Positions 11,791-22,456 of a stretch of DNA of 64,000 bases are shown piece by piece. The stretch lies in NCBI GenBank assembly GCA_047967505.1, contig CM106538.1. One strand, written 5' to 3'. The notes beneath the pieces were generated by a model. It saw only the letters and a program-made list of their open reading frames with translations. It was not told where the DNA came from and did no database searches. The stretch's first letter is position 1. Every line of letters starts with the position of its first letter. This DNA is from Dipteris shenzhenensis. Taxonomy: Eukaryota. A program made the position numbers and the translations under genes.

Positions 11791-14578
11791 TACTTTTCAG
11801 AAGAATTTTGTGAATATCTGAAAGAACAGGGAATTCAAAGGAAGTACTCATGCAGGTCTACCCCTCAGCAGAATGGGGTTGCAGAAAGGAAGAACAGGCA
11901 TATTGCAGAAGTAGGACGGGCGATCCTAAATGAGAAAAACATGCCTGATTATTTTTGGGCTGAAGCAGTAGCAACTGCTGTTTATATTATGAACAGAACC
12001 CCCACTGCAGCTGTCCATGGCATGACGCCTGAAGAAATGTATACAGGCCAAAAACCAGATATTTTTCACTTGAAGGTATTTGGTTGCATAGCTTATGTTC
12101 ATGTTCCTGATGAGAAGAGAACAAAGCTGGATCCAAAGGCAGAAAAATGCATCTTTATTGGATATGCTCTGCACCAGAAAGGGTATCGCTGTTATAACCC
12201 TTCCACCCGCAAAATGCAAGTGAGCAGAGATGTTGTTTTTGATGAAATGAGCAGCTGGTATGCACCAACTGTTATGGTAGGAGATGCAGATGCAGGAAAT
12301 GGGAATGCTGCAATAAATGCAGAGCAGCAATCTCAAGCCTTGAGTGGACCCAGAGAGTCCTCTACTAGTGGATCTAATGCATGGACAGGGAGATTGAGAT
12401 CTAGTGAATCGTCACATGGTAGCCCTGATAGTGTTGTGCAGGTATCACATAAGGGAAAAGAAAAAGTAGACCATGCTCCAGTGTTTGATGTGTCTGCTGG
12501 TAGCTCTCATGTTGATGGAGAGTCAAGCGGCTCTGAAATGAGCCTTGATGAGGAACTTGGGATTCCTTCTGTTGTTACACCTGGTGCAAGGAAAAGCAGG
12601 CATGATTTAAAGACTCCTGCAACTGATCCAGTTGTACGAAGGTCCACTCGTATTAAGTATCCAATTGACAGGCTGAGATATGATGGGTATACAGCACATC
12701 ACTATGCTTATATGGTGAAGGTTCTAGAGGAGCCAGAGCCCACATGTTTTGAGGATGCAGCAGGGCATAAAAATTGGGAAGCAGCTATGGATGAAGAGAT
12801 GGCTGCCTTGGATGCAAACCACACTTGGGATTTGATGCCTTTGCCTCATGATAAGAAGGCTATTGGCTGCAAGTGGGTTTACAAAGTAAAGCACAATGCT
12901 GATGGGTCTGTTAGCAGGTACAAGGCAAGATTGGTTGCCAAAGGTTTTGCGCAGACATATGGAATTGACTATGAGGAAACTTTCAGCCCAGTTGCAAGGA
13001 TGGCAACCGTGAGAGCAGTAATTGCTATGGCTGCTGCAAAGGGATGGTCTTTGCATCAGATGGATGTGAAAAATGCCTTCTTGCATGGTGATTTGTAGGA
13101 AGAGGTTTATATGATGCAGCTAGAAGGTTATGAGGATAATTCACACCCCGATTTTGTATGCAGGTTGCGCAAAGCCTTGTATGGCTTAAAACAGGCGCCG
13201 AGGGCATGGTCAGACAAGATAGGGTAATATCTTGTCACTATTGGATTTCAGATTTCCAATTCAGATTTTTTCACTTTATGTGAAAAGGACAAACAGAGGG
13301 ATTGTGCTTGTAGTCATCTATGTTGATGACTTGATTATTACAGGTGATAGTGATGCAGACATTAATGGAGTGAAGCTGCTGTTGAAGCAAAAATTTGAGA
13401 TGAAGGATTTGGGAGAGCTGTGTTACTTCTTGGGCATTGAGGTTATTAGATCCCCGAGTGGGATATGGCTGTTGCAAAGGCAATACGGTTTGGACATGCT
13501 GTCCAAATATGGGATGACAGGCTGTAAGCCTATCTCTGTTCCATTGGAGCAGAATGTGAAGCTCAATGCAGAGACAGGTGAGCTTCTTGAAGATATTACT
13601 ATGTACAGGCGCATAGTAGGTAGCTTGATTTACATGACTATAACCAGACCAGATTTGAGCTATGCTGTGGGGTTGGTGAGTCAGTTTATGCAGGCACCGA
13701 GGAAGTCACATTTGGATGCGGCTAGGCGCATACTGCGGTATGTGAAGTCCACATTGCATTATGGACTGTTTTATGAAGCTGGGTGTGCATTACAGGTACA
13801 TGGATACACAGATGCTGACTGGGCTGGTAGTGTCTTAGACAGGAGATCTACTAGCGGTTTTATGTTTTCCCTTGGGAGTGGTGCCATCAGTTGGAGCAGC
13901 AAGAAGCAGCCAACAGTTGCCTTGTCGAGCACAGAGGCTGAGTACAGGGGTGCAGCAATGGCTGCATGTGAGGTAGCTTGGTTACGGAAGCTACTTGCAG
14001 ATATGGGACAGTCAATTCATGCAGCAGTTGGCATTCATTGTGACAACATTAGCAGCATCATGCTTGCTAATAACCCAGTTTATCATGCTAGAACGAAGCA
14101 CATTGAGGTGCATTATCACTTTGTGAGAGAGAAGGTTCTAGCTGGTGAGATTGATCTTGTCTATGTCAGCACTGAGGAGCAGGTGGCTGATATTTTTACG
14201 AAGGCATTGGGTACCGAGAAGCTTCGCAGATTTAGGAGCTTGCTTGGTGTACGTGAGATGGATTTGAGCTTGAGGGGGAGTGTTGAGATATCAAGCTCTA
14301 CCCCCGATATATCTCCTGGATGACTATCATTTATGTCACCGCCTATGTTAGTTGTACTCGTGGTGTAGTTAGACTACCACGTATGTTTTTGGTTTGGGTT
14401 CACATATGAACCACGTATTCTAGGGTTTGACATATAGGGTATTTCCCTCTTCTATTGCATTGTTGTTGTGTGCAAAAGTGAAGAAAGGCTTCACCCTCCA
14501 ACCTTGTGTCCTCTCTCTTTTGTGTGTTGTGAAGAAAGCTGAACTTGAGTCTCCTATCTCTCTCCCTTATTCTTTACA
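11791..14578 (+). mobile_element. 5'-truncated Ty1/copia element (integrase C-part, RT, RNase H, PPT, 3' LTR 14281-14578); sibling of 57047-62533
   Basis: Near-identical to 59747-62533. [22 protein letters not shown] and [10 protein letters not shown] motifs; stops at 13096 and ~13225; +1 T frameshift near 13270; PPT TTGAGGGGGAG; LTR TGTTGAG...TTTACA. Confidence 0.95.
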
Positions 14579-14878
14579 GTGGAGATGAAGGGGGAGGGGG
14601 TGAGGTGGTGGTGGAGATGGAGGGGGAGGTGGAGATGAAGGGGGAGGGGGGAGGTGGTGGTGGAGATGGAGGGGGAGGGGGAGGGGGGGGGTGGAGATGA
14701 AGGTGGAGGGGGGGAGGTGGTGGTGGAGATGGAGGGGGAGGGGGGAGGGGGAGGTGGAGATGAAGGGGGAGGGGGGAGGTGGTGGTGGAGATGGAGGGGG
14801 AGGGGGGAGGGGGAGGTGGAGATGAAGGGGGGGGGGGGGGAAGGTGGTGGTGGAGATGGAGGGGGAGGGGGGAGGTGT
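14579..14878. repeat. G-rich minisatellite (GGTGGAGATG(A/G)AGGGGGAGGGGG-type units)
   Basis: Direct tandem repeats visible; the Pro/Gly-rich ORFs here are artefacts of the repeat. Confidence 0.85.
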
Positions 14879-15779
14879 AAAAAAGAGCAAAAAAAACTTG
14901 AAAGACGGAAATCGAAAAGCAAGGAGGAGTGGTCACCTGAACGCTCTCCAAGTCTTTCTCGATGTAACGGGATTGTTGCGGAACAATGGACGGTGGGTGG
15001 AAGGCTAGGTCATCGCTGCGAGAAGGGCTCGTTGTCACTTACATGGCGAGGATAGGAGTAAGGGGGTGGTCGATGGAGAGGGAGGAGTGTCTTGCGTGGG
15101 GCTCGGAATGAGGAAGAGAATGGAGGCAAAAAGTGAAAGATGAAGAATGAGAGGGGTGGAGTAGGTTTTTATAGGATTGGATTTTAGGTTTAGGGTTTAA
15201 CCCTAAACTCTTCCCGAGCCATAACTCTTTATGGAGAGCTCGGTTTGCTTTTCTGTAAAAAGGTAAAATGATCGAAATTGAAAGCTCTACGCATCCGTGT
15301 CACTACCTAGCCTGATTGTATATGATATGGCTTCTATTTAAGAAATTAAGAAAATTTCTTAAGGTAGTAACCCAAAGTGGATGTTTGGGGTTGATATGTT
15401 TGGCTAGAATTGGAAAAAAAATTTTACTCTCCTTGCCCTTGAGTGTTATGTTCGTGAAAGTTTGAAGTAGTGACTTGTTTTACACATACCTACGTATGTT
15501 TACTTACTACTTGAGACACTAGTCTCCCCGGCAACGGCGCCAAATGTTGGCTCTTTCCTACTGCTTTCGTAGGAAGAGCTGGGTATTCTGACGCTTTTTG
15601 TCACCTACAGATATATTGGGATTGTCGGTTGTAGTATATGTGTAGCTTAGGACCTCGAGTCGTGTTCCGGTGAGAGACGTAGGCTTAAGTGTGGTGAGCA
15701 AACAAAGTGCAAGCATGTGTAAAAAGCACGTAAACCATCTTTGTTGAGGTAATGAAGGCTTTCGCCTTCATTGGGGGTT

Positions 15780-15965
15780 GTAGGGTTTAGGAAGAGTTTA
15801 AGGGTTCAGAAGGAGGTTCCAGGGTTTAGAAAGAGTTTCAGGGTTTAGGAGGAGTTCCAGGGTTCAGAAGGAGGTTCCAGGGTTCAGAAAGAGTTCCAGG
15901 GTTTAGAAGGATGTTCCAAGGTTTAGAAGGGGTCCAGGGTTAGAAGGAGGATCCAAGGTTCAGAG
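15780..15965. repeat. ~20-21-bp tandem repeat (AGGGTTYAGAAGGAGGTTCC-like)
   Basis: About 9 degenerate units visible. Confidence 0.8.
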
Positions 15966-16413
15966 TAGAGTAGATGGTGGAGAGCTCGTCTCCCTCGTAG
16001 ATCATGGAGTTTAAGGGTTTAGGAAAGCATAGGAGTGGGAGAGGAAGAAGGTATAAGAGCATGGGTGAAAGAAGAGAGAGGGGGAAGGAGGAGGAGGGAA
16101 GAGGAGGAGGGAGGGGGAGGAGAGAGGAGGAGGAGGAGGAGGGAGGAGTAGGAGGAGGAGGAAGAGGGAGGAGGAGAAGAAGGCGGAAGGAGAAGGAGGG
16201 AGGAGGAGAGGGAGAGGGTGGGTTGCAAGGTTGGAGGAGAGGGGAGAAGGGTTGCAAGGTTAGGACATACTTTTGGACGTGCAGTGCAAGGAAGCATGGA
16301 CACTTGAGACAAATGATTGGAATACCAATGTAGACTCAACACAATGCCCCAAGAGTGTGGGCTTCATTCCATTATGGGGTATTTATACAAGTTGGAGAGC
16401 TTCTCTCTCTGCA

Positions 16414-16670
16414 TGTAACACAAAGTCGTATCACAAAGTTGTAACACAAAGTTGTTACACAAAGTTGTAACACATTCTCTCTCTTCATGTAGAAGTTGTA
16501 ACACAAAGTTGTAACATAAAGTTGTTACACAAAGTTGTAACACAAAGTTGTGTCACAAATTCTCTCTCTTCATGTAGACAAACTCGTAACACAAAGTTGT
16601 TACACAAAGTCGTAACACAAAGTTGTGTCTAGAAGTTGTAACACAAAGTTGTATCACAAAGTTGTATCAC
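16414..16670. repeat. 13-bp tandem repeat (TGTAACACAAAGT), interrupted by TTCTCTCTCTTCATGTAGA
   Basis: Direct inspection. Confidence 0.85.
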
Positions 16671-16779
16671 CTTCTCTTTCTTCATAAGTTCATGTTGGCA
16701 CAGAGTCAACAATCACCTTACGACAACTCTGTCAATTGTCTCCACATATCAAGCATCAGACTATTGCATTTTTGAATCC

Positions 16780-19700
16780 ATGCCAGGAGGGCGCCAAAGG
16801 GGATCTGTTCAGGGCGGGCCCACACTAGAGACAGTAACAGTTCAAGATGGAGTAACACTAGACAATTGCTCAGCCTATGCTGCCCTCACATGTGAACAAA
16901 GTCCCAAGCTCGCAGTGGAGATCAATGGGGTGGAGCTGAAAGATGTTTTCTTGGATGGTGGGGCAGTAGTAAACATCATGCCGAGAGGTACTCTTCAACA
17001 ACTGGGTTTGAAATTGACAACTGACGTACATTTTCAAGTACGCATGGCGGTTCAACGCAAGGTGAAGCCTATGGGGGCTGTCAAAGGTGTTCACATGAAG
17101 ATTGGGGGAGTTACATTCCTGTCCAATTTTATTGTACTTAATATGACGGAGGGTGAGCAGACTTATCCTCTACTTCTTGGTAGACCATGGTTACGCTCAG
17201 CAAAGGCCATTCAAGATTGGTCAAGTGATGAAGTTCGACTGCCTTTGGGATCCACATCCTTAGAAATAGACATGGTTACTGGAAGGGCCCGTCACCGACC
17301 TGTGAAACTTGGGGAAGAGGATTTTGAAGAAGAAGAAGGGGTGGAAGAGGAGCGATGGGCACTTGGGCATTGGCCCCTACAGAAAGAAGAGTTGGCCTAT
17401 GTGGAGGACTCACCCTTCCAAGGTGAAACCTATGTAACAGCAGCACAAGATGATGGTGAGAGCTTGACGTACTTGTTGGAACATGCTGGACCAGATGAGG
17501 AAGAAGCTGTCATCTTGGATTGGATGGGGGCCCTGGGATCCTTAGCCATCAACATGGTGGAGTTGTGTCCAGAAGAGGATCCTGAAGCCCATCTTGGTAC
17601 TTCACGGAATGCGCAAGAGGTGAGCCAGGAAGCCTCTTCACCACCTGGTTTGGCTGATCTCATGTATGAACGGATGCCTTTTGGTCTTCTTAATAATCCC
17701 CACATGTATCAGCGAATGATGTCCGCAAGTACCAAACCAAGTGGTGGGGAGGCCACCAGGGTGACTCAAAGACAAGACCATGAAGCAGCAATGGAAGCAC
17801 ACGACATGGATGCCTCACACCAAGAAAATGACCATGGGGTCACAACAAAGGAGGAAGAGGATGCTATGCAAGAAGATGATGAGCTGGCTGAGCATAATGA
17901 TGGTACTGAAGAGAACACTCATGAATCTATGGGAGAAGAAGATGACCACATAGATCATGGGCTGGCTGAGCACAATGATGGTATTGGAGAAGACACTCAT
18001 GGATCTGCAGAAGAAGAGGATGACCACCCACTTACTGATGTCATTCAAAGGTAGGCGGTGCCGGAAATGACTCTTGGAAGGGTTATTGAATCCATTGTGC
18101 AACCTGACCAACCTGGGAGGGGTCAAGAGACCGGACAACTTGAAGGAGCCGTCCACATTCACACTGGAGTCTGGAACTTCAGACCTTCAAGGCAAGCCCA
18201 CAGCATACAGGGAGAAGAAGATGTCGCGGACCTTGTTCTACTCGACTTATATATGTCAGAAGCTGACCCCCCAACGACACAGGAGGTTCCCGAAACTACA
18301 TACGAGGTGGTTGGACTACCATACAGAGGAATGCTCAAGCAAGCACAAAAAGGAAAGAAGAGAATGGGCCCAAGTGCTGCCTCTACATTTCAACCATTTC
18401 CAGAACACACCCAACTGTCCTATCCGAGCTCTTGGATGGAAGTAGTGGGGAATTTTTCTCTGGATGATTCTCCTGCGCACCCAGCAGTGGGAGTAGAAGA
18501 ACCAAACAACTCCACATCAGGAAGCATACCTCAGGTTGACCATGCCAGGGATTGGAGGTATCTTAACATTGGGACAGAAGACCAACCACGACATCTTAAG
18601 GTTGCCAGTTGGGTCTGGGTACATGACTATCTCCTTGCTGCATTGTCTGATTTTTTTCAAGAGTATGTTGATGTCTTTGCCTGGTCATATAAGGATTTAA
18701 AGGGAGTACCCACTGAGTTCATGGAACATCGCATCGATCTATATCCGGAAGCAGAGCCGGTGATTAGGGGACCATATTGCATGAATCCTAACTATGGCAA
18801 GGCTGTCCACGTTGATATTTAAAAGATGGAGCAAGCAGGGTTGATCTACCCTGTTGACTACTCCGAATGGCTTAGTGGCATCATAGTGGTGCCCAAAAGA
18901 GAGACTGGAAAACTACGAGTTTGTGTCGACTATAGGAGTTTGAATACCGCCACACATAGGGATAGGTTTCCTCTCCCCTTCACTGACAGGGTGCTAGAAA
19001 CTGTAGCTGGTCATGCTCTCTACTCCTTCATGGATGGATACAGTGGGTATAACCAGGTTCGGGTGCGAGAGCAAGATCAGTTAAAGACTACCTTCGTCAC
19101 CCAATGGGGAACTTATGCTTACCGGATGATGCCTTTTGGTCTATGCAATGCACCGGCCACGTTTCAACGTCTTGTCACCAAACTCTTCCAAGAGAACATC
19201 GGAAAGTTCCTTGAGGTATTCTTGGATGACTTCTCTGTGTTCAATGGTAAGAATGCTTCTCACCTCGAACCTGCTATTCAGACTGATCACATGAGTAAGT
19301 TGAGGTGGGTTTTTGATAAGTGAAGAGAAGCTAGGTTGTGCTTGAATCCGGACAAATGTTTCTTCCTCGCCTTGCGAGGGGTTCTCCTTGGCCACATCGT
19401 CTCGGCTGAGGGAATGACCACGGACCCAGCAAAGGTGGAAGTGTTATTGACCTTGCCTATTCCTCGCACACCCAGAGAAGTCAAGTCTTTTTTGGGACAT
19501 GTGGGTTATTATAGAAGATTCATCAGGTCCTATGCTGACATAGCGGTGGCGTTGACGGAACTCCTTCGGCAGGAGCAGTCCTTCAACTAGTCGGCACCTC
19601 AACAACTGGCATTTGACAACCTCAAGGATCGTCTAATAAAGGCACCCATCTTGTGGCAACCTCAATGGGATGTCATTTTTCATGTGCATGTAGATGCAAG

Positions 19701-20603
19701 TGGGCTGGCGATTGGGGCGATATTGGCCCAACCAGATGAAGAGCACAAACTCAACCTACCTATGTACTTCGCAAGTAGACAACTCAATGGAGCAGAAAGA
19801 AACTATAGCACCACTGAACACGAGGGCTTGGGCATGGTCTATGCCATGACAAAGTACCGGCACTATCTTTTGGGTAGTAAGTTTATCATCATTACTGATC
19901 ATCAAGCTCTCAAGTACTTACTGAACAAACCAACGCTTGGGGGGAGAGTGAGCAGGTGGATTCTTCTATTTCAAGAGTTTGACTTTGACATCCTAGTGTT
20001 AGCAGGCCGATTGCATCAACCAGCAGACCACTTGTCAAGAATCTCTTCAAGTGAAGCAGCCATAGGAGTTGATGATGACCTTCCAATGCGGGCCTCTTCC
20101 GTGTCAGTGCCACAGTACCAAAAGATGACTGCCTGTTTGCTGTGGATTGCTTTCCCCCATGGTATGCAAACATTGTAAACTTGTTGTCTACAGGGGAGTT
20201 CCCCAAAGGGTTAACTCTAGCACAAAAGCGGAGGCAGATTGTTCAGGCTGCTCCTTTCAAACTAATCGCGGGTCAGCTGTATGAGTTGGGGAAGGACCAC
20301 ATTTTGAGGAGGTGTGTGCTCCCTCATGAAACACAAGCCATTCTTCAGGAGGCTCACTCAGGAATGGGGGGAGGTCATATGGCACCAGAGGCCACTGCTA
20401 GAAAGATAATGCGCTCTGGGTTGTGGTGGTCAAAGCTATTCCAAGACTGCTATGCTTATGTGCGCCGCTGTGACTCATGTCAAAGAGGGGGGCCGAAGCC
20501 TATCTGACGGGAGTACCTTCCCCTTCAGCCATCCATCCGTGTACCACCCTTCTATAGATGGGGATTGGATTTTGTCAGACCCATCTCTCCTGCAACTCGA
20601 AGA
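16780..20603 (+). pseudogene. Ty3/gypsy (non-chromovirus-like) pol pseudogene: protease, acidic linker, RT, RNase H, integrase N-terminus
   Basis: LDGGA/LLGRPWL; RVCVDYR, DGYSGYNQ, MPFGLCNAPATFQ, FLDDF; DASG..NYSTTE..TDHQAL; HHCC; WGLDFV. Several stops and frameshifts. Confidence 0.93.
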
Positions 20604-21099
20604 GTCCCTCCCTTCCCCTCCTCCCCTTCAGCCCGCCCCCTTCCTGCTCGCTTACTCTCCTCTCAGCTTGCTCCCCCTCTCAGTTTGCTCCCCCGCCCCC
20701 TCCCCCTGCCTGCTCCCTCGCCCCCTCCCTGCTCCTCCGTCCCCTCCCTGCCTGCTCCCCTGCCCCCTCTCTGCCTCTCCGCCCCCTCCCTGCCTCTCAG
20801 CCTGCCCCTTGCTCCCCCGCCCCCTCCCTGCCTCTCCGCCCCTCCCTGCCTGCTGCTCCCCCGCCCCCTCCTTGCCTCTCAACCTGCCCCTGCTCCCCCG
20901 CCCCATCCCTGCCTCTTCGTCCCCTCCCTGCCTGCTCCCCCGCCCCCTCCCTGCCTCTCCGCCCCCTCTCTGCCTCTCAGCCCGCCCCCTCCTCTCCCTC
21001 TCCTCCCCCTTCCCTTCACTCCCCGCTCCCTCTCCTCCCCCTCTCAGCCTGCCTCGCCCTCTCCCTGCCCCTCCCTCTCCTTCCTCTCCCTCTCCCCCC

Positions 21100-22456
21100 A
21101 GACCTCACTCCACGTTTGTTAGATGTTCGTCTTCTGGAACGAGGTTTTTCCCAGGTTGTTTTTGACACTCCAGAGGCTGTGAGCACTGTGCTCAAGGCTG
21201 AGTTTTTACACCTGGGACACAGGAAGATCTTCTTTGAAGCCTTTCATATTGGTTTCGACCCAGTGGAGGCAAATAAGAAAATCTTCTCGCTCTTCATCAG
21301 ATTCCGCGAGCTTCCCCAGGTTTACCATCGACTTCTTTCTGTTATTGCGGAGCATTTTGGCGTAGTTGTTGAGATCCCACCTCTCCCTGGGTTGCCATTG
21401 ACTGCAGCAGAGGCAACCAAGGCTGATGGGGTACCTAGAGTTAGGGTCCTTTGCAAGGATCCTAACCTCAAGATGGATCATGTTATGATCCAGCGCCCGG
21501 ACGGTTCCTTTTTTCGCCAGAGAGTAGAGATTTCAGGCAGACAGGACCAGTGCAGGATTTGCGAGACCTCTGGACACTTTACCAGGGATTGCCCCAGGAA
21601 GAAGAAAAGGCCCAAGAAGCCCTCTGGTACAGCTACCACCCCATGGCCTCGACAGGGGGGACAGGGAGGTGTTATAGGTCCAGCACTTGCTCCTCGGCCT
21701 TGACAGAGGGGTGGTACAGGTCCAGCACCTGCTCCTCGACCTTCGCATGGTGGTCCTCCTCAATTTGGTGGTGGTACAGGTCTAGCACCTGCTCCTCGGC
21801 CTCGACAAGGGGGTGGTACAGGTCCTTCACCTGCTCCTCGACCCCCACCTACCTCAGGAGCACGCGACGCTCTCCAATGGGTTTCGGTACGTGTGCAGAT
21901 CCCTCCAGTTCACGAGGGTACCTTAGTGGACTCTGCTTCACCTCGAGCTGTCCCTCCAGTCTCACCTTGCACAGTTCGAGACGTTGAAGCTTCAACCTCC
22001 TCCCCCATTGCAGCTCCTTCCCTAGATCCAGCGATGCCAGATGCTCTTCTTGAGGCAGGAGAGGTCTCTGCGGCGGCTGGGCAGACACAGGATAGAGAGC
22101 ATTCCTCACTTCCTCCCTTGGATAGGGGGAAGGGGATAGCTTACACTATTGATCCTCTTCCCTCACAAGGGATCCTTCGCACTCCGGTGTCTGGCTTGCT
22201 CCACAGGAACTCGTTTTCAGCCTTGGAAGAGGGTTCAGATTTCCCAGAGGAGGAGTTTGTGCCCGCTACTTTTGGGGAGCCAGTGATTGGGTTTCCTGTT
22301 GACAGGGCTTCTTCTGCCAGGGTTCTTTCCCCTGTTGATTTTCCACCACTTGGTTCCATCCCTCCCTCCTCAAGCAGGAGGTCTTCCCTTGTCGAGGGGT
22401 TTGTTTCCGCCACTAGGTCGGGTAAGGTGTTCCACTCTACATCTTCCCGTCGATGA
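21100..22456 (+). pseudogene. LINE ORF1 (partial DUF4283/RRM-like region, zinc knuckle CRICETSGHFTRDC, Gly/Pro repeats)
   Basis: Translation of ORFs 20558-21703 and 21893-22456. The TGA at 21701 aligns with CGA in a neighbouring repeat unit. About 42-bp repeats encode GPAPAPRP at 21650-21845. Confidence 0.8.

Larger units (their letters stand above)
15525..16758 (-). mobile_element. Athila-type PBS (tRNA-Asp-like) plus putative 5' LTR (~15545-16758) of a minus-strand gypsy element
   Basis: TCCCCGGCAACGGCGCCA at 15525-15542 is the reverse complement of TGGCGCCGTTGCCGGGGA, followed by AA-TGTTGG. The far end (CATCA, 16754-16758) is inferred from where the + strand gypsy resumes. Confidence 0.6.

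Noticed and set aside
15780-15965. Interstitial telomere
   Set aside because: No contiguous (TTTAGGG)n; the unit is ~21 bp.
14554-16342. Extensin-like, Pro-rich or Gly-rich protein genes
   Set aside because: These are ORFs in several frames of G/C-skewed minisatellites; no gene structure.
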